Position numbers and translations under genes: made by a program
Source of the DNA: a virus
DNA: 64,000 nt
Strand: one strand, 5' to 3'
Virus record (IMG/VR): IMGVR_UViG_3300017792_000017
Coordinates: 64,001 to 128,000 of that record
Shown here: one piece after another, positions 37,818 to 47,697 of the stretch
Numbering within the stretch: position 1 is the stretch's first letter
Layout: every line of letters begins with the position of its first letter
Notes under the pieces: generated by a model
The model's input: the letters and a program-made list of their open reading frames with translations, nothing else
Database searches by the model: none
Told to the model about the DNA's origin: nothing

Positions 37818-38600
37818 TTAGCACCCATCTGGATGCTTATTATCGCCTGAGGCAACGGTGATTGCGGGTCCTGCTGCAGCGCCTTCTGCACTCTTATTAG
37901 CTACTGCTACTCCACCCGGCCCATTGGCTTTTGTAAAGTTAGCTCCGTAGTATATAGTAGATACGTATGCTTCGGAAGAACTACCGTTACCCTTGTCGTT
38001 AGAAGCCAATCCGATATATCCTCGGAATGTTGCTTGCATACGACTGTCATAAGTAAACTGACCAATTGTAAACTTATTGCCTGCTTGCTTCACAAGTTTG
38101 TACTTCTGTTCAAGAACAACTAAACCAGCAAGGATTTGATCCTCAACTGTACTTTGACCGTTTAGTTTTGCCGCTAGACTTTCTCCAGGATTTACACAAA
38201 GTCTTGAAACTAAGTCTGGTCTCGCTATTTCAACTAGGCACTTACCTAGCTTCTGAGATCCGCCTTTGACGTGGTTCCAACCCATACTTTGCATAACGCC
38301 CCAAGCTCGTAAGCCTTGATCGATATTTACCGATTGCTGGCTAATACCCTTTCCAATCACAGATTGTACAGCACTAGCATTGATATAATCCCTTGCCCCA
38401 GATGAGTTTACAGGGTTAAGAGATGGACCTTGAGCATTGACATTGAAATGGCTCTCAGTTTGTATTTGAGCCATTATCAATTTTACAACGTCTGTTTCTT
38501 TACCCAAGGTATTAGCAAAGAACTGTTGAAGTAAATTGCTAATCGTAGTGCTACAAATCTGTTTAATCGAGGTATCGATAACTGATCCTGTAGCTGCCAT
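37818..38600 (-). CDS. lytic transglycosylase/lysozyme-like protein
   Basis: AQIQTESHFNVNA (catalytic Glu, ES motif) and AWGVMQ (GLMQ-like). Confidence 0.75.
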   Translation of the reverse strand: MAATGSVIDTSIKQICSTTISNLLQQFFANTLGKETDVVKLIMAQIQTESHFNVNAQGPSLNPVNSSGARDYINASAVQSVIGKGISQQSVNIDQGLRAWGVMQSMGWNHVKGGSQKLGKCLVEIARPDLVSRLCVNPGESLAAKLNGQSTVEDQILAGLVVLEQKYKLVKQAGNKFTIGQFTYDSRMQATFRGYIGLASNDKGNGSSSEAYVSTIYYGANFTKANGPGGVAVANKSAEGAAAGPAITVASGDNKHPDGC

Positions 38601-40426
38601 TAGTATTGGCCTCCTGGACCTTCACCAAACTCACTGCCGAGAATGTACGGAGTGATAGGCTCTGTGCTATGTACATCTGATTCCGCACCAACTGCAGCGC
38701 TTTCACGAAGCGTATTCTTAAGACCTGAGAATGAGAGCTTTGAAACCCAGTTATCATCAAGAAGCTTAGCTGTCTTAAGACCAGGTACAATCGGAGTAAC
38801 TGTCAGGCCAGTATTGGCTACATGAACAGTTTTAACGCCGTGGCTCTTGAGATCATCGATATGATTGCCATCTAACAATGTACCGGCTGTAAGCTCGTGA
38901 ACACCCTTTGCAAGAAGCTTTCCTTCAGCCTTATCGAGAGATACTTCGCCAGCGGTATTAGTAAGATATTTCTGAACTGTGTTTACGTCAATCTTCTGGC
39001 CTGGGAGAAAGCCTGTCTCACCTGGATCTTGCACTTCTACGTGCTTGATAAGATTCTTTGCAATCAATTCGAAGTGACGAGGATCAAGATCTGAACCATA
39101 GATACCACGTAGTTCGTGAGCCATGTGAATACGACCAGCTCCGAGACCCTTTAGGCCTACCAGTTTACGAGGGTTAACAACACCAGTTGAAAGAGCATCA
39201 CCCTTTAGAACATTATCACCTACAGCTACTTTCAAACCCTGTACTCGTGGTACGAAGTGCATCTGCTCATTAACGAATACTTGATGGTCACCAAGAGGCG
39301 TTTGCTTAATTGCTGAAACTACACCATTGATATTCGTGATCGTTGCTTCATCCTTGAAGTTCTCGGCAGGGTTACGGAGCAAGTTTGAAGCTTGTTCATA
39401 TGAGTTACCTTTACGAGCGCCAACAGACGCCTTGTGCTTTGTTGAAAGCATCGACTGCGTCAGAACTTCTGAAACTGATTGGGCCGCAATGACCCCGACA
39501 TTTTCACCAATTTCTGGAAGCTTACCGTTAGCCATTAGGCCATAGCACTTTTTGCAAATGCCTTGATGAGCTTCGCATGTAAGTGAGCTACGGGCCTTGA
39601 TACCTTTTTTGCCAGAATTAACAAGTTCTTTGTAGTAGTGTTCGTCAATCAGAGTATTAGTGCCAGCTTCGTAACGGCCAATAGCGCCTTTCTTATCTGT
39701 GATAGAAAGCAGAATACCATTAGTTGTTCCACAGTCATCTACAGTGATTACTTCATGAAAAGTAGTCGGAGAAAGTTCTTTGAATAGAGCGCCAGGAAGA
39801 GCAGTTGAAAGCTGTGATAGTACAGTAGAACCACGGCCCATGTACGACATGCTCAGCATTTCTGCGGGAGACATCCCTTTTGCAAATGATGACTTAATTA
39901 CATATGGAACAAGTTCACCCTTCAAATTAATTGACATAAGTGGTGTGGAAGTACCGGTAGCCAACTGAGTTGGATTACCACGAGCGCCAGTACGTGCCAT
40001 TTTCGCAGCAGTAGATCCCTTTGATAGAAGATAGTCAAGATTCTGCTTCTCAATCTTAGTATTGTATGCACCGGTCAATGCGCCAAGCTCATCGTTCTCT
40101 TTAGTCTTAGGAAGCTTCTTAGCGAAAATCTGATGAACCTTTGTTTCGAATTCATCGATAATAGCCTGACGTTCATCACTTTCATTAATATAGTCCGTGA
40201 GCGGAGTTGTAGCACCGATGGCCGTAGCTTTATCGAAGAACTTTTTACCAAGATCATTTATAGTCTCGTGACTATTTGTACCACCGTACTTTAAAAGTAC
40301 ATTTACGAGATCGCTAATACCCTTCTTATCCAAGGGACGATATACGTCGTAATTATCCCTAGCCTCTTGAGTAGGCAATTCGGACTTTAGCTTCAGTGCA
40401 CCGGCTGTTGTGAATCGTTCTGTCAT
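38600..40426 (-). CDS. rpoC: phage RNA polymerase beta' subunit, C-terminal part
   Basis: TTAG start, SGARG-like TGARGN, DCGT, RSSLTC...ICKKCYG, GENVGVIAAQSVSE..TQ, HFELI. Confidence 0.9.
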   Translation of the reverse strand: MTERFTTAGALKLKSELPTQEARDNYDVYRPLDKKGISDLVNVLLKYGGTNSHETINDLGKKFFDKATAIGATTPLTDYINESDERQAIIDEFETKVHQIFAKKLPKTKENDELGALTGAYNTKIEKQNLDYLLSKGSTAAKMARTGARGNPTQLATGTSTPLMSINLKGELVPYVIKSSFAKGMSPAEMLSMSYMGRGSTVLSQLSTALPGALFKELSPTTFHEVITVDDCGTTNGILLSITDKKGAIGRYEAGTNTLIDEHYYKELVNSGKKGIKARSSLTCEAHQGICKKCYGLMANGKLPEIGENVGVIAAQSVSEVLTQSMLSTKHKASVGARKGNSYEQASNLLRNPAENFKDEATITNINGVVSAIKQTPLGDHQVFVNEQMHFVPRVQGLKVAVGDNVLKGDALSTGVVNPRKLVGLKGLGAGRIHMAHELRGIYGSDLDPRHFELIAKNLIKHVEVQDPGETGFLPGQKIDVNTVQKYLTNTAGEVSLDKAEGKLLAKGVHELTAGTLLDGNHIDDLKSHGVKTVHVANTGLTVTPIVPGLKTAKLLDDNWVSKLSFSGLKNTLRESAAVGAESDVHSTEPITPYILGSEFGEGPGGQY

Positions 40427-40451
40427 TTTAGTAAGTGGGTAAAATTATTCC

Positions 40452-40961
40452 CTATTTTAACGGTTCGGGTTCCGACATGTCTGGCCACCAACGGTTTCCT
40501 TTGGACAGGTTTTTAAAAGCTGGAAGCAATCTTAGATTAGCTACACAATGTAGGCCACAAACTGCGTCAGATTTAATGGGTACAATATGATCTACGTGCC
40601 ATTCTTCCCCAGATAGCTTTGACCATGCAGAAGCTCTTCTATAAAAATCTTCGATAACTCTATGGTTGACCCATTTAGGAGTCGCCTTCATTTTTTCAGC
40701 ATGCCTTCTTGCATTTGCGGCCGCATACTTTGGAAGATTTGCTTTTTGATATGCAAGAGATTTTTGATTGTATTTAAGTCTTTTTTCTTCGGAGAGATTT
40801 TTGTTATATTCGGCATCATACTCAGCTTTACGATTTTTAACAGAGTCCCTATATGTTTTCTCGCAGGCTTTACATTCTGAACGTAGTCCATTCTTGCCTA
40901 ACTTACTCGGTCTGAAATTCTCTAAACCAAGTTCTACTTTACACTTTGTACACGTCTTCAT
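40452..40961 (-). mobile_element. free-standing HNH homing endonuclease
   Basis: CTKC...CKAC zinc finger; HVDHIVPI...VCGLH...NL...N..KGN; AT-rich. Confidence 0.85.
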
Positions 40962-41149
40962 AATCTTTACATATTACCTTTCCTTTTGGTATAAGTAAAG
41001 TATGGAACATAGTTCTTACTTTAGGGAGTCGAGCGTGTACAAAGTTGAGTACGAGTTTGGAACCTGGTTTGTGTACAAACTCGGTAAGCGTCTTCCTAAA
41101 CCTTTCGTTTCTTTTGAAGCCGCAGAGGCTCATGCAGAGGAGTTGAAAA

Positions 41150-41377
41150 ATGGCTGAAGAAATTACGCACAACAGATGTAGACTTATCAGTGCAACTCCT
41201 GAACTTGTTTTTGTAGTGTGTCCTAAGGGGAGACATTACGCAACTGCCAAGGGGGAGGGTGCAATTTCTGACGCTAAGATCCTTACCAGTATGTATTGGG
41301 ATGAAGTTGAGATGTTCGGATCAGCGATATATCCGGAAGATTTGGATAATCTTAGAAAACTGAGGGAATCATGCTAG
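41150..41377 (+). CDS. hypothetical early protein
   Basis: GAGGAG RBS; promoter at 40986. Confidence 0.6.
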   Translation: MAEEITHNRCRLISATPELVFVVCPKGRHYATAKGEGAISDAKILTSMYWDEVEMFGSAIYPEDLDNLRKLRESC

Positions 41378-41643
41378 CAGCATATAGAGTTGAAATGCTG
41401 GAGTCAGAGGCAGGATGGGGCACACGGCCTGACGGTTATATTTATGGTGCCACAAAAGAAGCTGTAGAGACGGCCCTTAAAAAAGTAGCGGCAGCTGCTA
41501 GTTACGAGGAATATTCCCGCCCCAATAGTGACATCGTACTAGTAGAGGTCAATGAAGATCTTTACGACAAGCTCCACTGCTCTGATGGTCCGACTCTCTG
41601 GACGCCAGTAGGTAAGCACGCTGGCGATCTCACCCGCAAGTAA
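41371..41643 (+). CDS. hypothetical protein
   Basis: YRVEMLESEAGWGTRPDGY; resembles next ORF. Confidence 0.7.
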   Translation: MLAAYRVEMLESEAGWGTRPDGYIYGATKEAVETALKKVAAAASYEEYSRPNSDIVLVEVNEDLYDKLHCSDGPTLWTPVGKHAGDLTRK

Positions 41644-41665
41644 CTCAACCACATAGGGACAAGCT

Positions 41666-42028
41666 ATGTTTGCAGTTTACCGAGTTTGCATGAAAGAGTA
41701 CATTCCCGGAATGGGATGGGTTGACGACGGTTACATTTACTCTGCTCAACAGTTTAGCGTTGAAGCTGAGCGTGAGCGTCGTCGTCTGAGTTGCTATCAG
41801 GAGTCTGGCAACGTCCACGGAAGCAAAGCTGAAATCGTGGTTGTTCACGAGACTTTTCTCCGTGACCTGAAGACCACTCCGGTCCTCTCTACCGTCAAGG
41901 GAAAGCACCCTGCAGATCAAGGTCTTCTCGAAGACTACAAAGTGCGTATGGCTAAGGCTGACACTCTTGGCTTTGATCCGGTTGCTCAACTTGCAAGAAA
42001 TACCAGTGCCCTTTCAGCGGCTCTGTAG
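41666..42028 (+). CDS. hypothetical protein, probable paralog of upstream gene
   Basis: YRVCMKEYIPGMGWVDDGYIY parallels YRVEMLESEAGWGTRPDGYIY. Confidence 0.7.
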   Translation: MFAVYRVCMKEYIPGMGWVDDGYIYSAQQFSVEAERERRRLSCYQESGNVHGSKAEIVVVHETFLRDLKTTPVLSTVKGKHPADQGLLEDYKVRMAKADTLGFDPVAQLARNTSALSAAL

Positions 42029-42368
42029 CCTCAACTAGTTTGTAGTTCTTCTCCCATACCGGGCTGAGCGGGGTCAAATAGATACGATCCCCCAGCCCAT
42101 ACTTTTTCAGTAAATTTGGTAGGTACTGGTATAAGGGTTGGAAAAGCCTTCTACCTTTATTTTTACTCTTCGCAAGTGTCTTTGCTGTTCCGCCGAACTC
42201 ACCAACAGCGTTTAAAACAAGGTAGCCTTTATAAATAGCAATGTCGATTGGGAGTCCAGCTATCCATGCTGTTCCCGGAAGCATCGTTGCATCTTTGAAT
42301 TCGATTGAGACACCGGCTAGCTTTGCCCAGTCTTTTAAGAATTCATTGTCTTTAATGAGTAATGTCAT
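41952..42368 (-). CDS. hypothetical protein
   Basis: 138-aa ORF, head-to-head with 42369 gene. Confidence 0.55.
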   Translation of the reverse strand: MTLLIKDNEFLKDWAKLAGVSIEFKDATMLPGTAWIAGLPIDIAIYKGYLVLNAVGEFGGTAKTLAKSKNKGRRLFQPLYQYLPNLLKKYGLGDRIYLTPLSPVWEKNYKLVEATEPLKGHWYFLQVEQPDQSQECQP

Positions 42369-43496
42369 ATGGTTAATATTTCACAAACTGCAACTCCAGC
42401 TGACTACTGGACCCCACTCCCTAAAACCAATGATCAGCGGAGTCTCATACGTCGCCATGTAAATCAAGCAGTAAGAGACGCTGGTTCAGAAATTGGTATC
42501 GGTATAAATTTGCGTGAACTAAAAGAGTTTTACGTTCCCACCAGATCAGAAGTTTCAACTCAGCCTCTTTCCTATACTTTAGATGGTTACAGTTATAGAC
42601 GAGCATCTAACGAACGTGTTATTACCGCAATTATAACAAGGCTCGGCCTGAGTTCAACTCCTGAACAAGTGCGACGTACTGATAAATGCACTTCATTTAT
42701 GAATGAAGGTATTGAAATCAAATTATATCACTTCGGAGATGCGAAGGATACGGCACGAGGACACATCAGCGTAGATATTAATCTTCAGAGCATTCTTTTC
42801 GGTTACGATGGTCTTTACGATTTAATCAATATTGTACTCAAGAGTTCTGGGTTCAAGATTGGAAGCGAGTCTCTGTATCTGGAATATGAAGAAAACATCC
42901 CAGGACGAGGTCCGGTAAGCTTCAATGTAGCGCATAGTGCTGATCTTGTTTTTAAGGCACTCGGGATGAGTGGAAGAGCATTTTCGGATATGCTATATTC
43001 ACGATATCGAGATGCTGGAGAAATTACAAGCTGGCTTCTGACTGGCAAGTACATTAGCTTCAACAATTTCTTTCTCGATGAAAATAAACGGTACGTAGGC
43101 CCAGGCGATTACTTCGGTTGTGATCTTTTTAGACAAGCAGTTGCATATCTTCAGGTTTCTGACTGGAATACACTCCACAATCCTAAAGTACTTCCAGAAA
43201 CTGCCAGAAAGCACATGCTTAAAAATTGGGAGGGTTGGAACCGTGCTACATACAAAGATTACAACGTTGCGATAGAAGGCGCTTCTAAGTATAAGCTGAT
43301 CAATGAAAAGTACAACGACAGCATCATCCAAGAAGTAACTGGCTGGACTCCTGAAGACGTAATGTTCAAGACGTTTAAACCAGCGTTCGAACAAGAGATT
43401 TACGCTAAGCAAGATTTAGAGTTCTTCCTTCTTAGTTCATCTGTAGAAACTATCAAGGCTCGAATCGCTGAATCCCATCAGAGACTCACGGCTTAA
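42369..43496 (+). CDS. divergent PolX/Pol-beta-like nucleotidyltransferase-family protein (catalytic motif not evident)
   Basis: FGYDGLYDLINIVLKSSGFKIG and C-terminal EKYN..IIQEVTG resemble a phage nucleotidyltransferase-like family; no clear GDxD. Confidence 0.4.
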   Translation: MVNISQTATPADYWTPLPKTNDQRSLIRRHVNQAVRDAGSEIGIGINLRELKEFYVPTRSEVSTQPLSYTLDGYSYRRASNERVITAIITRLGLSSTPEQVRRTDKCTSFMNEGIEIKLYHFGDAKDTARGHISVDINLQSILFGYDGLYDLINIVLKSSGFKIGSESLYLEYEENIPGRGPVSFNVAHSADLVFKALGMSGRAFSDMLYSRYRDAGEITSWLLTGKYISFNNFFLDENKRYVGPGDYFGCDLFRQAVAYLQVSDWNTLHNPKVLPETARKHMLKNWEGWNRATYKDYNVAIEGASKYKLINEKYNDSIIQEVTGWTPEDVMFKTFKPAFEQEIYAKQDLEFFLLSSSVETIKARIAESHQRLTA

Positions 43497-43500
43497 GTTT

Positions 43501-43507
43501 TAAAATA
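43501..43507 (+). promoter_or_regulatory. TAAAATA late-type promoter on the plus strand
   Basis: Upstream of the two YLEKIA-bearing DNA-repair genes. Confidence 0.55.
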
Positions 43508-43568
43508 GCTTAGACATGTTATAATGTGTCTGGGCTTTTTTTAGCCTTTCAAAGGGCGTCTTACAAGA

Positions 43569-45500
43569 ATGTTACAACCAAACGACGAATTTCTATTTAC
43601 CCGGCAACGACACGAAGCTGATGTCATGGGCCTTCATTATGACCTCAGGCTTGTCCACAAGGACAAGGCATATTCTTTTGCAACGCTTAAAGATATGCCA
43701 AAGCCAGGCGAAATCATTGGCGTCTTTGAACAGCCTGTACATGATCGTGCTTACGCATTGAGCAAGAAGGTAGTAATCCCCAAAGGCCAATACGGTGCTG
43801 GAACTACGTATTTAGATTGGGTTCGTAAAGCTGTTGTAGCTCCACATAGTACAGAGACTATGCTTGTAATCTTCACCAAAGATGGTGAGAAGTTTTTGCT
43901 GAAGAAATCACCGACTAAAGAAAACGAAAAATCTTGGATTCTCAGAAACATTACTGGTATGGGTAAGAGTACGAGCCCATATTTAACTCGCAAATCTTCT
44001 ATTGAGAAACGAGCTTGGGCGCTTGACGACTATGCTGGTGGTAACGTATACCTAGAAAAAATTGCCAAGAAGAAGGAACAGAAAGATGATCTACGTCCCC
44101 ACCAAACTGATGCCCTTGATCATTTGGATAAAGAGCATGGCGTCGTCCTTCATCACAGCCTTGGCAGCGGCAAGACTAAGACGTTCCTTAAGGCAGTACA
44201 ACGCTATCAAGAAAAGTACCCGAAGAAGCGGGCGTTGGTCATTGCTCCTGCCAGTCTCGTCACGAACGTTGATAAGGAACTCAAGAAACACAATATCAAA
44301 CTGGACAGAGATCGACTGGATGTAATGTCCTATGAGAAAGCTGTTATTGATGCTCACAAATTACGTAAAAATGATTACTCTATCGCAGTTGCAGACGAAG
44401 CTCACAGGCTCCGTAATACGAACACTAAACGTACTAGAGAACTCCGAGATATTATCAGCGGTGCTGATCGTCGTTTACTTGCTACTGCTACTGGCAATTA
44501 CAATAAACTCTCTGATATATCCGCTCTTGTAAACATTGCGGCCAATGATAACGTTCTTCCTGAAGAATCAAAGAAAATGGATGATCGTTACACGAAGGAA
44601 GAAATTATTAAGCCGGGCTTCAAAGATAGACTTCTAGGAGCCAAGCCTGAAGCAGTGCGTAGACTTGATCGTAGAAAAGAACTTAAAGAGATTCTCAATC
44701 AGTACGTAAGCTTCTACGATAGTAAGGATGATCCAGAAGCAGCAAAGCATTTCCCCAAGAAGACAGAGAAAATCGTTGAGGTTGAAATGTCCAAGGATCA
44801 GCAGAAGTATTACAAGTTTGCTGAAGGCAAGATTCCGTTCTTGCTGAGAATGAAGATTCGTCACAACCTTCCACTGGATAAGAAAGAAAAGGCTAACCTC
44901 AATGCTTTCTCAACAGGTGTAAGACAGGTTTCTAATGGCTACAGGCATTTGACAAGCGACGGTAAGGCTGAGTACTCACCTAAGATCCTCAAGGCTGTAG
45001 AGAGCCTGCAGAAGGGTATGTCAGAGGATAAAAACTTCAAAGCCCTTGTGTACTCAAACTATCTTGATGCTGGACTTAAAGACTACTCCAGAAAGCTTCA
45101 AGAGATGAAGATTGACCATGCTGTTTATGATGGTTCTCTGTCAAGAGCAGAGAAGGATCAGCTAGTCAAGGATTACAACTCTGGTAGGAAGAAGATTCTA
45201 CTGATTTCATCTTCAGGTTCAGAAGGTCTTGACTCAAAGGGTACAAAGCGTGTACAGGTTCTAGAGCCTCACTTCAACCCCAGTAAAATTAACCAAGTAG
45301 TAGGTCGTGCAGTTAGATTTGGTTCGCATGCACACTTGCCAGAAGAAGAACGTAAAGTACTAGTTGAGCATTTCCACAGCGTACATCCTAAGCCGCTATG
45401 GGGCAAGACGCCATACTCTATTGATAAGTACTTATCAGAGAATTCAGATACGAAAGAAGAACTGTTTGACGAAGTTAAGAGCTTGATGAAAAATGACTAA
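43569..45500 (+). CDS. fusion: LigD 3'-phosphoesterase-like domain + SNF2-family helicase/ATPase
   Basis: QRH...LHYDLRL...H..Y...GQYGAG...D (LigD PE); HSLGSGKT, DEAH, TAT, SEGLD, QVVGRAVR (SF2); linker NVYLEKIAK. Confidence 0.8.
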   Translation: MLQPNDEFLFTRQRHEADVMGLHYDLRLVHKDKAYSFATLKDMPKPGEIIGVFEQPVHDRAYALSKKVVIPKGQYGAGTTYLDWVRKAVVAPHSTETMLVIFTKDGEKFLLKKSPTKENEKSWILRNITGMGKSTSPYLTRKSSIEKRAWALDDYAGGNVYLEKIAKKKEQKDDLRPHQTDALDHLDKEHGVVLHHSLGSGKTKTFLKAVQRYQEKYPKKRALVIAPASLVTNVDKELKKHNIKLDRDRLDVMSYEKAVIDAHKLRKNDYSIAVADEAHRLRNTNTKRTRELRDIISGADRRLLATATGNYNKLSDISALVNIAANDNVLPEESKKMDDRYTKEEIIKPGFKDRLLGAKPEAVRRLDRRKELKEILNQYVSFYDSKDDPEAAKHFPKKTEKIVEVEMSKDQQKYYKFAEGKIPFLLRMKIRHNLPLDKKEKANLNAFSTGVRQVSNGYRHLTSDGKAEYSPKILKAVESLQKGMSEDKNFKALVYSNYLDAGLKDYSRKLQEMKIDHAVYDGSLSRAEKDQLVKDYNSGRKKILLISSSGSEGLDSKGTKRVQVLEPHFNPSKINQVVGRAVRFGSHAHLPEEERKVLVEHFHSVHPKPLWGKTPYSIDKYLSENSDTKEELFDEVKSLMKND

Positions 45501-46857
45501 CAAATATCTAGAAAAGATAGCGACAGACCTTAAAGAACCTGCTAGTCCAGAGAGTCTTGGCTTTGACTTGTCTAAAGGCGATGAAAAAGAACTGTACAAA
45601 TGGATGACGGCTGTCACTCTTTTTTCTAGACCCATTCAACGCTCAGTAGCAGGTATGGCTGCAAAACACATGGCTTCACAGGGTTTTCACTCACCTGAAG
45701 CCGTGGAATCTGCTGGATGGGAAACTCTTCAAGATAATCTAGTACAAGGTCACTACGGTCGTTTTGACGAATCTACAGCTACGACGATGCTTGCTCAAGC
45801 AAGGCATTTGAAAGAGAAATATGGTACAATTAGTAATCTGATCGACAAGCGGACTCCTGAAGAAATCAGGGCAGAGATTCAATCATTTCGCGGGATCGGT
45901 CCTCTTGGGAGCCAGCTATTCGTGGAAGGTATTAATCCGTATCTCGAACATATTCAAAAACAAGCTTCAATCGATACCTACGTTCGTCACAAATACGTAG
46001 AGGGAGATTGGACTCAGCTTGAACATCCAGTAGCTTCAAAGAAGTGGGATGGTGCTCACTTCGTACTTACCGTACAACCTGATGGTTCTTTGACTTATCA
46101 TTCCCGTAGACCTAGCGTAAAAGGTGGATTTCCTGAGCGTTCAGCACAGCTTCCTCATCTAGCTAAACCGATGCCAGAATTTGCTGGAAATCAGTTTGCA
46201 GTAGAGCTTGTACATACAGGTCTTGCAAAGTCTGAAACCGAGTCTCACCCTACTGTTTCCGGTATTCTGAATTCTCTTCCTCCACGTTCAATCGCAACTC
46301 AGGCAGAGAAAGGTCCAGTTCGTGCAGTACTTATCGATGTTAAAAATCCAGACTTGCCAACGTATAAAGACAAAGTCGAATACATTCAAAAGTTCGAACA
46401 AGCTTATGGTGAGCCAGATCTTCTGTTCTCTCCTCATCTAGAGCACGGCGTTGAAAACATCAACAAGTATCTAGACAGAATTAAAGAACAAAAGGGAGAA
46501 GGCTTAATCGTTGCAGACTACGCTAAGCCAGAGACAGAATCAGTACGGTACAAAGTCAAGAACTACGTAACGTACAACTTGAAGGTAATTGGCCAGCAAC
46601 AAGAAATCGACATCAAAGGCAACCCTAAAGACAGTATGGGTGCGTTGATTCTTGCAGATGCTTCAGGAAGAATGGTTGGTAAGGTTGGAACGGGCTTTGA
46701 TAGAGATACTCGTATCAATACTTGGAAGACTCCCGAACTGTTCAATGAGAAGCTTATTCAAGTTAAGGCATATCCCCCTAGCGTTCCAGGCGGTCAAATC
46801 AGATTCCCAGTTTACAACGGCTTCGCTGACGGCGATATTGACCGTGTAAATCTCTAA
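45493..46857 (+). CDS. fusion: HhH-GPD-like domain + ATP-dependent DNA ligase, MTNKYLEKIA leader
   Basis: FRGIGPLG HhH motif; KKWDGAH (KxDG), EGLIV, YKVK, KVGTGF, IRFPVY; linker IQKQAS. Confidence 0.85.
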   Translation: MTNKYLEKIATDLKEPASPESLGFDLSKGDEKELYKWMTAVTLFSRPIQRSVAGMAAKHMASQGFHSPEAVESAGWETLQDNLVQGHYGRFDESTATTMLAQARHLKEKYGTISNLIDKRTPEEIRAEIQSFRGIGPLGSQLFVEGINPYLEHIQKQASIDTYVRHKYVEGDWTQLEHPVASKKWDGAHFVLTVQPDGSLTYHSRRPSVKGGFPERSAQLPHLAKPMPEFAGNQFAVELVHTGLAKSETESHPTVSGILNSLPPRSIATQAEKGPVRAVLIDVKNPDLPTYKDKVEYIQKFEQAYGEPDLLFSPHLEHGVENINKYLDRIKEQKGEGLIVADYAKPETESVRYKVKNYVTYNLKVIGQQQEIDIKGNPKDSMGALILADASGRMVGKVGTGFDRDTRINTWKTPELFNEKLIQVKAYPPSVPGGQIRFPVYNGFADGDIDRVNL

Positions 46858-46948
46858 AATCCACAATGGTCCTTCAAATTGGTATAAGAGTTATGTAGAG
46901 GAAATTCATCTCTACTAAAAACAATTCTACTCTGTAAGGACCAGTACC

Positions 46949-47596
46949 ATGAATCAGCTTTTTGCAGCCCCTAAACAGTCTACAGCAAGTTATGACAGTC
47001 AGGGGTGGCTCATTGAGCCCAAGAACTTTTCCCATGCTGTTTATTTGGTCATCGAAGCAGAGCCTAATCTCAAGCAGTCAGAGATTCGCAATGTTCTGAA
47101 GGCTCTTGGTAACTCGGTAAACAATTTGCATCAAGCCATCAACGACCTTTTCAAGGGCGGGTACATTGCGTACTCGAACATCAAGGGTGCAATGCATGAC
47201 CCGGATGATCGTTTGAAATTCCGCTGGCGTGTTACCGACAAGGTGTACAAGCCGAAAGCCATCATGAAGAAGATCAAGCCCCTTCCCGTCACGGAAAACG
47301 CACCCTCACTTCCCAAGATCGATGAGCACAAGCCAACGAAACGGACCCCGGAGCTTCATATCGTACAAGGCATTGCAACGGTTGATGCAGATCATCCACA
47401 GTTCGGAGAGATTGCAAAAACCATTCTCGACGCTACCCAGCAGCATCAGACTCCGGTCAAGGTCGAAGCACCGAAGGTAGAAGAGAAGCGTCTGATCACT
47501 GGGATTTTCATCGACATCGATGAGAAGGGAATTGTACTGACACCTGAGCAGTTCATGAAACTGTTCAAAGAAATGAAGACGCTCATCGAAGGATAA
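46949..47596 (+). CDS. winged-helix DNA-binding protein
   Basis: LKQSEIRNVL...LHQAINDLFKGGYI wHTH pattern; TGGTATAAG at 46879. Confidence 0.55.
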   Translation: MNQLFAAPKQSTASYDSQGWLIEPKNFSHAVYLVIEAEPNLKQSEIRNVLKALGNSVNNLHQAINDLFKGGYIAYSNIKGAMHDPDDRLKFRWRVTDKVYKPKAIMKKIKPLPVTENAPSLPKIDEHKPTKRTPELHIVQGIATVDADHPQFGEIAKTILDATQQHQTPVKVEAPKVEEKRLITGIFIDIDEKGIVLTPEQFMKLFKEMKTLIEG

Positions 47597-47697
47597 GGCA
47601 CAGCGTAAGGACTAACTGCGCTTGCCCCCAGCGAGCGTGGTTGGGAGGTTGAGGAGAACACCAGACAACCCTGCGGGTGTCTCTCCTCTTTTTTTGC

